A stretch of 64,000 nt of DNA from Eledone cirrhosa (GCA_964016885.1 OZ024758.1:12214001-12278000), one strand, 5' to 3'. Positions 14,350-29,632 are shown, counted from the first letter of the stretch. The notes: a model not told the origin generated them from the sequence alone. A program made the numbers and translations.

Positions 14350-14528
14350 TTGCTAATACTATCTATCGGTCGCAACTCCAGGTAGAAGGAGCAACGTGAA
14401 ATAAAGTGTCTTGCTCAAGGACATAACGCATCGCCTGGTCCAGGAATCGAACTGAGTGGTTAGAGAATTGGATTCACAATCTTGAGATTGTGAATCCAAT
14501 TCTCTAACCACTCAGCCACACGCCTTCA
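14350..14528 (-). mobile_element. tRNA-derived SINE family 2 with internal fold-back
   Basis: gcaacgtgaaataaagtgtcttgctcaagga...ggaatcgaac...taaccactcagccacacgcc; homologous to 31630-31897 and 63978-64000. Confidence 0.8.
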
Positions 14529-14562
14529 CGTGTATATTATATATATATATATATGGGGGTGC

Positions 14563-14924
<362 letters not shown>

Positions 14925-14934
14925 AAGAAGTGTA

Positions 14935-15175
14935 AGTGAACAGATTAAAATTAACTTCGTTTTTTCATATTCGCTGCAATATATATTTCAGTGATAACCA
15001 TTATTCAATAGCTATAACCTCATCAAGCAGCTAGAACCTGAAAATAAAACTGCATTCTATACCCAGCTGAGGAAAGGTTTTTTTTTATAATTTGCAAGTC
15101 AGATAAATTCGTTTTATTGGTAGACGCCAATGACGAGATTGGAAAAGACTGGAAAGATGAATAGTGGTGGTCCCA
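14935..15175 (+). pseudogene. Decayed RTE LINE APE-endonuclease fragment
   Basis: Frameshifted translation ...EPENKTAFYTQLR...KSDKFVLLVDANDEIGKDW resembles RTE EN motifs (K..FY..L; DKL.LLGDFNA.VG.D). Confidence 0.5.
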
Positions 15176-15482
15176 CGATCCAAGATTTTTAGTGAAGAAA
15201 TTGATGTTTATATTGTTAGTTCGTAGGTTATAGACACAACTTGTTACTATCTCAATAGATGAGTTAGCAATGAAAACAAATGTACTGAATCGTGTTAGTC
15301 TCGCTGAGAGAACCTCCTTGGTGGTATTGGAATTACAAAGATATTCTATAATCTTGTTAAAGTAGTGAGGAGAGATGGAGCCTCTTAAAGGAACCGTTGT
15401 TTTCAAAGATTGGTAATGTGGTTGGGTATTCCTAAACAAATATGTTATGATATATGTATATGAGAGTGTGTGTGTGTATATG

Positions 15483-15562
<80 letters not shown>

Positions 15563-15607
15563 ATGTTCGTCAAAGATGGAAAAACACTAAATACAAAACC
15601 AGGTTTA

Positions 15608-16684
<1,077 letters not shown>

Positions 16685-17125
16685 AATTTCACAGTTCTTA
16701 ACGCGGAACATTTTTTTATCGAGAAGTTAATACAAGAAGACATTCATACCTAACGCCATTTAGCATCACGTACACACGAAATCAAAATATAACAACCCCC
16801 GAAATAACATCCCAGGCATCGCCTTTTAGTCATAGGTTTATGTATTATGTCAATTATATTGTAGATTTTGACATAAACAAGGTATACATTTGTGTGCCCA
16901 GGGGCGTTTTATGGTGGGGAGGGCTTCAGCTGTCACGGAATCATATAATATCGTTCCGCAAGAACGACACCTCTTTAAAATTTGGTCTTTATGAATGTAC
17001 ATAAACAGACTGACATACGCATAATCTCTTTACTATAGAAATGCTTACATACATTCATACATATATTTGTGTGTGTGTATATGTATGTATATATATATGT
17101 GTGTGTGTGCGTGTGTGTTTATGTT

Positions 17126-17160
<35 letters not shown>

Positions 17161-17351
17161 GAGTATCTCTTTGTATTAAGTTAACTTGGATTTCTCGGGA
17201 ACTGGTTCTTGTCCAGGGAAATCCAGGAATATTTATACAATTTACATACAACACATACATACATACACTGACACACATAACTACATGCAAACACATACAC
17301 ACACGTATATATATATATATATATATATATACATACATACACACATACGTG

Positions 17352-17389
<38 letters not shown>

Positions 17390-17415
17390 ATTCCGGGTTG
17401 AATCGGAGGTAACCA

Positions 17416-17448
<33 letters not shown>

Positions 17449-17450
<2 letters not shown>

Positions 17451-17655
17451 CGAAGGAAATGTGGTAAGGAACCAGGTGGACCATAACGCACCAAAGTACT
17501 CAATACTTGAGGTAGTAGAGTGGGTAATAGGAACCAGTAAGACCCCGACAGCTGAGCTCAAGCCGTTTCGACGGCTAATTCTGGACTGAATTAGCCAGTC
17601 CAGAATTAGCCGTCGAAACGGCTTGAGCTCAGCTGTCGGGGTCTTACTGGTTCCT
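17449..17655 (-). mobile_element. Family B palindromic element, second copy in opposite orientation
   Basis: Near-identical to the reverse complement of 14695-14888 but with a different palindrome centre (ctggactg aattagc cagtccag). Confidence 0.85.
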
Positions 17656-17734
17656 ATATATATATATATATATATAAATATAGTTAAAGAATGAAGATTA
17701 ACATGGTTGGCTGACAATAAGGGCTTTATTTAAA

Positions 17735-17845
17735 GTACTGACAATTATTTCGTTGATCATGTGGGTCTAGAGTTCGCTAATCGCTTGAGGTTGCGTTATT
17801 CGAACTCCAATACATTATTCCCCTCTAGTCAACACATCAGAGTAC
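17735..17845 (-). ncRNA. Type-I hammerhead with extended stem II (A9 substituted)
   Basis: Minus strand: gtact-CTGATGT-gttga...tcaac-GAA-ataattgt-C-agtac; nested inner hairpins ctagag/ctctag and gagttcg/cgaactc. Confidence 0.65.
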
Positions 17846-17957
17846 GTAGATATGAAATTAATTCACTCGAGGCAAGACTTATATAGAAAAATACCGTATC
17901 CACGACGCAGTGTACTCACAACCCTAACTGGATTACCTATAACGATAACTTGTTATC

Positions 17958-18029
<72 letters not shown>

Positions 18030-18218
18030 GGTGGATGTAAGGTTTATGGTCAAATGGGCAAAAAAAAAAATAGTTTAATCTCGTAAGTCTTTATACACCC
18101 TCTTAAAATACTTTTGTTTGAATGAATTAAAGTCTAACTTCAGTAAGCAGCTGTTCCCTTTCGTTTCCTGGTTGTTTCCTGTCATTGTATTTCAAGGATT
18201 ATTCAAGGTAGTGAGCTA

Positions 18219-18231
18219 GAGAGAGAGAAAG

Positions 18232-18314
<83 letters not shown>

Positions 18315-18341
18315 TGGTAGAGAGGGAGAGAGAGAGGTGGG

Positions 18342-18373
<32 letters not shown>

Positions 18374-18378
18374 AAGGT

Positions 18379-18409
<31 letters not shown>

Positions 18410-18527
18410 AAGGTAGAGAGAGAGAGAGAAAGGTGGTAGAGAGGGAGAGAGAGAGGTTGGGAGAGAGAGAAAGAAGGTGGTAGCGAGGGAGAGAGAGAGA
18501 GAGGTGCGGAGAGAAAGAGAGAGAGGT

Positions 18528-18583
<56 letters not shown>

Positions 18584-18629
18584 AGAGAGAGAGAGAAAGG
18601 TGGTAGCGAGGGAAAGAGAGAGAGGTGGG

Positions 18630-18699
<70 letters not shown>

Positions 18700-18800
18700 T
18701 GGTAGCGAGGGAGAGAGAGACAGAAAGGTGGTAGCGAAGAAGAGAGAGAGAGGTGGGAAGAGAGAGAGAGAGAGAAAGAGGGGGGAGAACGAGAGAGAAA
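18219..18800. repeat. (GA)n-rich compound satellite with aaggtggtag interruptions
   Basis: Directly visible. Confidence 0.9.
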
Positions 18801-19299
18801 TACGAAGGGAGAAAAAGAAACCCTTTAAAATCTATTTGGTTGAACTGTCAAACGTTTAATTCCAAGGATATTCACATATGTTTGCGTTTATTTTCCTAAT
18901 CCATTTTCTGACATATTGTTTTTCCAATGAATAATTTCAAAGGAAGTATACTTGTTTTTAATTAAGTAATTAGTCGAGGGATAAAGAGCTGTTGTTATTG
19001 TTATTGTTGTTGTTATTATTATTGTTGTTGTCGCTTGAGACAGTAGGAAAATAACTGAAGGATATTTGACTATCAGTTACAGCAAATCATTTATTACATG
19101 GGGGCTTCTTCATTAATGTGTCTTTTATTCAATTTAAACATCTGTGCACCGACTTTTGTAGGGAACGTCTTGTAGAGAAAGGGGATTGAATTCTGGTGGG
19201 ATAATTTGATCTGGTAGAAAGAATTGGTGTTTGTATTTAGTACAGTTTCTGAATGGTGGTCATGTTAGGAACGATGAAAATAGGAACAGATGCATCGAA

Positions 19300-19830
19300 A
19301 CCCAGTGCGTTACTGATATAGTGGTACTTTATTTCATTGACCCCGTAAGGATAAAAGACAAATCTAACCTCAGTGGGATTTGAACTCAGAAGAGTTCAAA
19401 GAAACTTAACTAATATTTCGCAAAGCATGTTGTCTGACGCTCTCCTGATTATAGCCAAGCCACTGCCCTACATGAATATAACAATCATTTCTACTGTAGG
19501 CTCAGCTCAAGGCCAGTAACCTTCGGGGAGAGTAAAGTTGATTAAATCAACCCCAGTGCATTACTGGTACTTTATTTTATCATCGACTTCGTAAGGATGA
19601 AGGACAAAGCTAACGTCAGTGAGTTGTGAACTTAAAAGCGTAAAGGGACGTAACAACATGCTGCAAAGAATTATACTGCCAATCCACTGCCCTAGAGGCA
19701 TATACCGTAATAATTATTTCTACATTTGGCACAAGGCCAGCAAATACCCAGTACATTACTGGTACTTTATATTATGGACCCTGTAGGGATGAAAGGCAAA
19801 GTTAACCTCGGCGGGATTTGAACTCAAATA
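19300..19830 (-). mobile_element. Three tandem SINE family 1 copies
   Basis: Repeated ggtactttat...taaggat(g)aaa...gatttgaactca. Confidence 0.8.
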
Positions 19831-20060
19831 ATAAAAATAACTCTTTGTAATCTAGGTAAAAAAAAAAGCAGAAATAAGGGGGAATTAATACCCTATAAAA
19901 CCAGCTGTGGGCTGGTAGCTAACTTATCAAACACAGAAAGATAGACTAACACAGAATTTGAAGGAAAACCTTCAACAATTGTATCAGGATATATAAGAGA
20001 AAGGAGAAGAAACTAATGTAACGTGGAAATAATAGATGAAATCAAGGAATGAACGACATG

Positions 20061-20127
<67 letters not shown>

Positions 20128-20289
20128 GGAGGTGAGTTTTATTGTAGTACAATAAAGCAATGCAGATATCGGATAAGAAGCACTCTACAGTTTGTAGGAC
20201 TGGAGTATACATAATATATAAGAACAATATATGTTGATTTAAAACTGCACTATCCACAAGTGTTTTTTAACCTTCATATCATGTCTTCC

Positions 20290-20360
20290 TGTTTTATCTG
20301 ATGAAAACACAAATATTATTGCATGATGATATTTGTTTTTGAAATGCGCATAATAAAATA
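20290..20360 (+). ncRNA. Complete minimal type-I hammerhead ribozyme
   Basis: tgttttat-CTGATGA-aaacacaaatattat../..atgatatttgttttt-GAA-ATGCGCAT-A-ataaaata; predicted cleavage after 20352. Confidence 0.85.
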
Positions 20361-20409
20361 CATGGAACTCTTTTAACCATCTTTTGTTCTTATATATTAT
20401 ATATATATA

Positions 20410-20616
20410 TAAATTAATAAAAATAATTAATAAAAACAAAGAAACAGTTCCTTATATTAAAAAATTCATCATTTTTACGATCGTTTCTAGGATATATATG
20501 TGTGTGTTGGTATGTATATCATATAGATCTATGTAAAGATATTACAAACTAAGAGAGGGAATATACATACCTACACATATATATGCTGTATCAGAAATAA
20601 GTTTGGTAGATTTATC

Positions 20617-20695
<79 letters not shown>

Positions 20696-20696
20696 G

Positions 20697-20748
<52 letters not shown>

Positions 20749-21330
20749 TATATATATATATATATATGTAAAATATTTAAAAAATAATGAATAAAACAAT
20801 GAAACAGTTCCTTATATTAAACAAAAAAAGTTCATTATTTAACGATCGTTTCTAGGATATATATGTGTTAGAATTGCCATGCATATTCAACAGATCTATG
20901 TACAAAATTATACAAAATTATACAAACTATCAAGATTAAATATACATACCAAACACACATATATGCCGTCTTCAAAAATAAGATTATTTCTGAAGACGGC
21001 ATATATGTGTGTTTGGTATGTATATTTAATCTTGATAGTTTGTATAATTTTGTATAATTTTGTACATAGATCTGTTGAATATGCATGCCAATTCTAACAC
21101 ATATATATCCTAGAAACGATCGTTAAATAATGAACTTTTTTTGTTTAATATAAGGAACTGTTTCATTGTTTTATTCATTATTTTTTTAATATTTTATCTT
21201 GACTCTGTATTCCGTTTATCTTTCACCGAAAGTGATTTTTCATTGCATCTCTTCTTTCCATGATATCCGGACTACATTGAGTTCTTCATACGGATTGGAC
21301 ACTACCGTAAACTCTTGGTAGATTTATCTA
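20410..21330. mobile_element. Family C element: tandem plus inverted pLTR-like array with long-stem-II hammerheads
   Basis: Diverged copy 20410-20620, then ~205-bp inverted arms 20769-21196; terminus ttggtagatttatctaca(ta)n at 20603 and 21316. Confidence 0.8.
20983..21131 (+). ncRNA. Type-I hammerhead with ~115-nt stem II
   Basis: attattt-CTGAAGA-cggcatatatgtgtgtt...aacacatatatatccta-GAA-ACGATCGT-T-aaataat. Confidence 0.75.
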
Positions 21331-21365
21331 CATATATATATGTATATATATATGTATATATGTAT

Positions 21366-21687
<322 letters not shown>

Positions 21688-21733
21688 ATAATAATAAAAT
21701 TGAAGACTAAAATCCAATATGTATGTATATATG

Positions 21734-21784
<51 letters not shown>

Positions 21785-21956
21785 ATATATATGTGTGTAT
21801 GGATGTATGTATGTAGTGAATGACAGACGATATATAGGCTACATTCAATATATATCCTGTCTCAGGCAAACAATATGACCTTGAATATATGACTATAATT
21901 GAGATATTAGTGCCAGTCTCCAAATTATATATGTGTATGTGTGTGTTTGTGTATGC

Positions 21957-22018
<62 letters not shown>

Positions 22019-22175
22019 TGTCACAGTACACTAGTGGTGTGAAACCATTACTGATATTTAAGATGGAGACAACATAGATATATCGTCATGTTGAAAGGAA
22101 ATATGAATGTATTGATATTCCCAATAGAGATCTCATAATTACGTCAATCCAGCTAATATATACACGTTATATATA

Positions 22176-22226
<51 letters not shown>

Positions 22227-22360
22227 TCATATATATATGTATATATATATATATACTCACATATATATATATATATATATAAATATATATATATACTCAC
22301 ATATAAATATATATATATATGCACACACACATAATTATATATGTGTATAAACACACACAT

Positions 22361-22399
<39 letters not shown>

Positions 22400-22579
22400 T
22401 CATGTATGTATATATGTCAACCACACGCAATGTACCGAACGGAATACTCTATACAAGTCAATAGGAGGGTTGGGGCACTTTTTAAAGAGACAAATTTCAA
22501 AATGTATTTAAGTTTAAATTAAATTACGACTAGATTTTGAGGAAACTTTTAAAGAACATTTAAAGAATATCATGGTAAC

Positions 22580-22795
22580 CAATCCCATCCAAGCCAAACC
22601 AAGACCTTCTTACTTCTGTTAGAGGGTCCCCTCCCTGGTTGACCTCCACCGCGGTGGAATAGCAGTATCGGTAGAGACTCAGAGAAGATTTTATGGGTAA
22701 AACCCAGCCGGTAGTAAACCCAGGGGTAAACCCCGATCAAGAGAGTTTGACAACATCCATGAGCTCGTCTAGTCTCACTTGAGGATCCAACCGGA
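22580..22795. mobile_element. Two short RTE LINE 3'-end remnants
   Basis: cccctccctggttgacctccacc identical to 41774-41796 (minus-strand element); 22680-22795 plus strand reads KPRGKPRS..FDNIHEL. Confidence 0.55.
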
Positions 22796-22839
22796 TCAAT
22801 TAGATTGGGTTCTTTCTAACCGTACCCATTGTATATCCA

Positions 22840-23282
22840 GAAGTATATAATTAGAGAAATTAAATTAAATATTAGATTATTCCCAAAGTATATATTTAGA
22901 AATATTAAATTAAATATTAGATTATTCCCAAAGTATATTGTTAGAAATATTAAATTAAATATTAGATTATTCCCAAAGTATATAGTTAGAAATATTAAAT
23001 TAAATATTAGATTATTCCCAAAGTATATAGTTAGAAATATTAAATTAAATATTAGATTATTCCCAAAGTATATTGTTAGAAATATTAAATTAAATATTAG
23101 ATTATTCCCAAAGTATATAGTTAGAAATATTAAATTAAATATTAGATTATTCCCAAAGTATATAGTTAGAAATATTAAATTAAATATTAGATTATTCCCA
23201 AAGTATATAGTTAGAAATATTAAATTAAATATTAGATTATTCCCAAAGTATATAGTTAGAAATATTAAATTAGATATTAGAA
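22840..23282. repeat. 45-bp minisatellite, ~9.5 copies
   Basis: Unit ttagaaatattaaattaaatattagattattcccaaagtatatag. Confidence 0.95.
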
Positions 23283-23626
23283 TCTATATGGTTACATTAT
23301 GTTTTCCCCCCTCGAAAGTTTGACTTCAATACTCCGGAGATTTTTTTCTTTTCACATATCTGAGGTCATTAAGTATATATAGTTCAGTTTGTTCGTTATT
23401 TGGTGACAATTCACTTCATGTCTTGTCAAAGAGAAATCTATTTAGTTGTAATAAGAAAGATTTTCAAGCTCATTTGATCTTTATTATTTTCTGTAGATAT
23501 TAAACTGGTCTTTCTTTTCGGCTATTTTCTTAACAAACCCTTTATATTGAAGTATGTTTACTTAGGGTTATACGTTCTTACATGAATGTCGAGAGAAATC
23601 AGTTGGTGACCTAGTTACACACACAC

Positions 23627-23721
<95 letters not shown>

Positions 23722-24017
23722 ATATATTATATATATATATATTATATATATATATATTATATATATAAATATATATTATATATATATATATTATATATAT
23801 ATATATATTATATATATAAATATATATTATATATATACATATATGTGTGTGTATAAGAATGCATGTGTGTATTTATATATATAGATATATATATACACAC
23901 ACACACCTCAACAACAGAGCTCAGTGTCTTTCGTTTGTATTTTCATTTCATTAAAAAAAAATATTTTCTAACGTTCCTCTTAAAAAATTGTTTTTCGTTC
24001 GTTTATCATATATATAT

Positions 24018-24078
<61 letters not shown>

Positions 24079-24444
24079 TATGTGTATTAATATATGTGTG
24101 ATTGTGTGTGAGTGTTTACATATACACGTTTTTGACCTAGTTGTTTTATTTTTCAGCGGATGTTGGAATATTTTTTGATATTTATTTCCACCATTGGACA
24201 CAAATCTATTGAAATGTATAGCTGAATAAATCGACACCATTTTCCCTTATATATTAATAACTTAATAACATTGAAATAGGAACTTAATCTTACTGAAACT
24301 TTCGATACCATGTTCAGTTTTCTGACAAATTCTTTTGTTTTTCTCCTATTTTTGTTTGCTGTTGTTCATTTTTTCTTTCGTTCGACCTAATATTGTATCA
24401 AATACGTCCTCATTCCTTCATCAACATTATTTATGCTCTTCATG

Positions 24445-24730
24445 GGCAGTGCATTGGCAGTATCGGTAGAGAGTCGGACACCATGCTTTGAAGCATAGAG
24501 TTACGTCCCTTTACGATCTGAGTTCAAATCCCGCTGAGGGCGGTGGATTGGCAGTGTCGGTAGAGAGCCGGACACCATGCTTTGAAGCATAGAGTTACGT
24601 CCTTTTACGATCTGAATTCAAATCCCGCCGAAGTTAACTTTGCCTTTCATCTTTACGGGGTCGATAAAATAAAGTACCAGTAATGTACTGGGTAATTGCT
24701 GGCCTTGTGCCTAAAATAGAAACAATTATT
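24445..24730 (+). mobile_element. SINE family 1 with duplicated tRNA head
   Basis: Head (A-box to B-box) at 24445-24538 is repeated, followed by a full copy. Confidence 0.85.
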
Positions 24731-25072
24731 TATGCTCTTTATATGTTGCCAAACATTCGCTTCTCGCACAAATGATAGATGAAATAAAATACATCAGATG
24801 TAAACGGGTTGTAACATGTGGGAATTGTTGTACTACTTGTGTGGCAAATGACTTGTGGTGAGTGGCGGGTGGTGGTTAAATAGTGACGGGTGGTGGTGGA
24901 CTAGAGGTAGAAGGGCAGACATGCTCGTATGTAAACAAAACAAGAAAGTACCTAATGTATTTATATACAGTATCCAAAGTGTCACAAAAATACCCTCTGT
25001 ATATTCAAAGCTTTCAACTTTTGAAATAAGGAGATCATTTCATGTTATATTACTTACACGATCAAACACATC

Positions 25073-25125
<53 letters not shown>

Positions 25126-25265
25126 TAGAAGGGGTATTTAATTTGTTGGAAATCCGACAAATATAAATATAAATGTTTATAACTGATTTAGAGCACCCAA
25201 CAGCTTCTCGGAGTAAATATTCAATGATATTAAATAAATAAAAACTATATTTATAAAACCATATT

Positions 25266-25328
25266 TATTTTATTATATATATTTCAAGGGTACCAAAACA
25301 CTTTGGTACGCTTTCTTCAGATAAAATA
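25266..25328 (-). ncRNA. Complete minimal type-I hammerhead
   Basis: Reverse complement of 25461-25523. Confidence 0.85.
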
Positions 25329-25460
25329 CAAAGTTTGTTTTATAAATAGAGACTTACCCAGGAAAATCATACCTTATCAGTTGGATATTATATCCAGAGA
25401 ATATTTTTCTGATAAGGTATGATTTTCCTGGGGAGGTCTCTATTTATAAAACAAACTTTG

Positions 25461-25523
25461 TATTTTATCTGAAGAAAGCGTACCAAAGTGTTTTGGTACC
25501 CTTGAAATATATATAATAAAATA
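25461..25523 (+). ncRNA. Complete minimal type-I hammerhead
   Basis: tattttat-CTGAAGA-aagcgtaccaaa(gtgt)tttggtaccctt-GAA-ATATATAT-A-ataaaata; predicted cleavage after 25515. Confidence 0.85.
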
Positions 25524-25617
25524 AATATGGTTTTATAAATATAGTTTCCATTTATTTAATATCATTGTATATATATATTATATATATAACTGCCAATATA
25601 TATATATATATATATAT

Positions 25618-25779
25618 AGTAATAATAATAAATTTAAAGACTAAAATCCAAATTCTTCCGGTTGCAACGTTTTTTTAAATATTCATTTCTGCGTTCACAG
25701 ATTGACTTTGTTAGTTTCAGGAGATCCCGTTAAGGATGAAAGCAGCGATTCTTTGCTTAAACTTTAATCTGTTATTTTA

Positions 25780-25785
<6 letters not shown>
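25618..25785. mobile_element. (TA)n-embedded element, family F
   Basis: Ends tagtaataataa...aagactaaaatcca and cagcgattctttgcttaaactttaatctgttattttaat recur inverted at 45843-45985 and partly at 21683-21717. Confidence 0.7.
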
Positions 25786-25855
<70 letters not shown>

Positions 25856-25859
25856 ACTG

Positions 25860-25934
<75 letters not shown>

Positions 25935-26134
25935 AAACTGATATGGTTGTATTTAGTGAGGGTAATTCTGCCAATATAAATACACACATTGGTTATAATT
26001 AACTTGTTTCATACTTAATTAATATAGTCCATAAAGTAATTAACCAATTAATTAACAATAAGGAAGCAAAATACAACTAGTGCGAGTTATTTTATTGACA
26101 AAATGGCCCCTTCTTGTGGATGAGATACACACAC

Positions 26135-26210
<76 letters not shown>

Positions 26211-26231
26211 CAAGTTACAAAAGTGACATGT

Positions 26232-26281
26232 ACAGGTACTTAGTTTTCGTTGGGTTATTCACCTCGACTCATTCAGCCTGT
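26232..26281 (-). ncRNA. Degenerate hammerhead
   Basis: Minus strand: acagg-CTGAATGA-gtcgaggt(gaat)aacccaac-GAAA-actaagta-cctgt; core carries an extra nucleotide. Confidence 0.5.
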
Positions 26282-27513
26282 CATAAGATCAATACTATTT
26301 TATATATATATATACTATTTTATTTCTATCTATTTCTCTTCCTATATATCGATATACCCATTTAACCATTCAATCATGTGCCTCTGTTTTATTCTCTTCC
26401 TTTTCGCAACACCCTTTCCATATTTTTGGAAATATGTTAGACATATTCTTACATTAAATTATCTATTTTTTGCGATAATATTGCTACGACTTTGTATGTG
26501 TGCTAATGTCGAACTCCAGAATTTGAAACTGAGTTGTAGATTCTACTAGTTAGAGAATCTACATCTTTATCTCTCGAGCTCGCTGTCTTCAAGAGTGGGT
26601 TGTTGAAGAAAACATAGTTGATAATTTAATCGTTACTATCTCGTTGGTTGGATGAAATCTAATGTATATGGAATTTCTAAGACTGCTTTGTAAGTAAGTC
26701 CCTTGATGCCTTTTAGTGGATTACTGGTGAAGATTATACCAATAGCCTTCGGAAAACTTGTATTCATTATAGCTGCTCAACAAAATAAAATAACCTCCCA
26801 AAAAGAATAGAAAAAAGATCTTAAAGCGAAAAATCACCCTGAGAGATCTCTTGAGAAGTTATATTTAGAGTCACTATATGTACAACTATTCATTAGATGA
26901 ATTGACAATTAAGAAGAAGTCGTGATAAAAGGTTTTGTAACCATTATCAATTAAAAGGTCTAGAGCCCACCAACTTCCCTCTTCCCCCGCTCCATTCTTC
27001 TGTGACCCTAGAGCACTTGTCTTTTCCGTCCGTTTCTGTTTTCATAACCACAACAGACACTTGAATTTTTCACAATAAATCGTTAAAAGGAACGTCTTAG
27101 AGTTTAGAAATAAAAAAAACCATTAAAGGAATTTACCGTCAAATTAGAGAAATTAGTTTATATCATTTGTTAATTGTTCAAATATATCTCTGTAAGGTTG
27201 TATGTAAGTTTCTTGATTTGCTAGAGAGTTGCCAACCCAATCCCTCTTTTTTTAATACTCATGGAAGTATACATTGAATTAAATATGTTCTATTACATAT
27301 AAACACGTGTCTGCACAATATCACATACACACACAGGTACACGCATACACATACCTGCACAAATTCACACACACACACATATACACACATACATACCTTC
27401 ATTAGCACACAAACACATACACACTCACCTGCATTAACACACACACAAAACGATAAACATGTATTTGTGTTTGTGATTTATCTGTGTATGTTTAAACATT
27501 GTACAGTGGAATG

Positions 27514-27545
<32 letters not shown>

Positions 27546-27572
27546 TATAAGTATATATGTATATATATATAA

Positions 27573-27628
<56 letters not shown>

Positions 27629-27638
27629 ATATATATAA

Positions 27639-27692
<54 letters not shown>

Positions 27693-27703
27693 ATATATAT
27701 AAG

Positions 27704-27811
<108 letters not shown>

Positions 27812-27885
27812 TATATATATATATATATATAAGTATGTATATATATATATATGTATATAAGTATATATGTATATATATATAAGTA

Positions 27886-27935
<50 letters not shown>

Positions 27936-28113
27936 AGTATATATGTATATATATATATATATATAAGTATATATGTATATATATATATTTATATATATAT
28001 ATATATATATATAAGTATATATGTATATATATATATTTATATATATATATATATATATAAGTATATATGTATATATATATATTTATATATATATATATAT
28101 ATAAGTATATATG

Positions 28114-28147
<34 letters not shown>

Positions 28148-28735
28148 AGAAGAAACATTTGTAGGTTTATACAGCTTACACAGAAATTATATAAACATAT
28201 ACATGTGTTATATGTCAAATACCCACACAAACACAGACAAACTTACACATGCTTTCATATATATATATATAAATACATATATACATATACAGATATAAAA
28301 ATACATATATTCATATACATGTATATATACTTATACATACTTATACATACATACATACATGTGTGTGTATGTGTATATGGTGAGGGGTGATTGTGAAACC
28401 AAAAAAGAAAGGATGAGAATGAGGAAGATATTTATGTATGTCTAGAAAATAAGTTGTGAGTAAACAAGAGTAAGAATGTGCAAAACATAATTATTCAGTG
28501 GTAGAAGTAGTGTAAGAACATTCTGGAATGGAATTAATGGCTCTCTCAAGTATCTAATATATCACCTTTCTGTAAACAGTCTGGTTAGTAGAGACGAATA
28601 AATTATTAAATTTCTTTAACAAAGTTCAAATTGTTTAATGAATTATGTTTCCAAAATTTATCTTGGTCTAAGAATTGTTAAGTTACTTTTGTTTGTTTAA
28701 GAAACTAACAATTGACTGGTCCGTTTTTCTTTTAC

Positions 28736-29232
28736 GAAACTAACGGTGGAGTGGTCCGTTTGTTGAGAAACTAACGGTGGAGTGGTCCCTTTGTTGAGAA
28801 ACTAACGGTGGAGTGGTCCGTTTGTTGAGAAACTAACGGTGGAGTGGTCCCTTTGTTGAGAAACTAACGGTGGAGTGGTCCGTTTGTTGAGAAACTAACG
28901 GTGGGGTGTTCTAACGGTGGAGTGGTCCGTTTGTTGAGAAACTAACGGTGGAGTGGTCCGTTTGTTGAGAAACTAACGGTGGAGTGGTCCCTTTGTTGAG
29001 AAACTAACGGTGGAGTGTTCTAACGGTGGAGTGGTCCTTTTGTTGAGAAACTAACGGTGGAGTGGTCCGTTTTTTTTATTACGAAACTAACGGTGGAGTG
29101 GTCCGTTTTTTACGAAACTATCAGTGGAGTGGTCCATTTTTTTTTACGACACTAACTGTGAAGTGGCCCGTATTTTTACGAAACTAACGGTGGAGTGGTC
29201 CGTTTTATGTTTACGAAACTAACGGTGGAGTC
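28736..29232. repeat. 31-bp minisatellite
   Basis: Unit gaaactaacggtggagtggtccgtttgttga, with truncated and diverged units at the edges. Confidence 0.95.
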
Positions 29233-29632
29233 GGTTTACTGGTCGTTTTTTGAGAAACTAACATTTATGGAATTGATGCAACCTCAGGAAAGACCAATCA
29301 AAGCTGTAAGTCTGAGATTCAAGAGTTGCATTTAAGGAAACCGATAAAGTTGTCGTTACGTTTACCCATATGTAGGTCAGTGTGGATGTGGTGGGAGGTG
29401 ATTGGGGAGAGATCATGTAATCGAGAGGAAGACAGCCGAGTGTGTCGGGTACTTCATGCTTGGGTGATTATATATCTAATTCAGTGGAACACAGGTTGTT
29501 TAAATAGGGAGAAAATATCTGATAGAAAACATTGCGTTTCTGAAAAACAGTGGTGTTGTGTATTAGTGGCTACAACGCCGTACAATGAAGAAATATATTA
29601 GTTTAACGCTTGGTATATTAAGAAAAATGTTT

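Larger units (their letters stand above)
25222..25567. mobile_element. Family E inverted-repeat element with two divergent hammerheads
   Basis: ~159-bp arms (25222-25380 / 25409-25567), 28-nt spacer, (TA)n tracts on either side. Confidence 0.85.

Noticed and set aside
15023-15439. 138-aa minus-strand ORF as a gene
   Set aside because: No recognisable domain; the opposite strand looks like a decayed LINE endonuclease.
22829-23323. 164-aa repeat-protein ORF (also the 233-aa ORF at 37143-37844)
   Set aside because: Open only because the 45-bp and 30-bp minisatellite units are multiples of three.
28736-29232. 31-bp repeat array as CRISPR
   Set aside because: Head-to-tail tandem units with no spacers.
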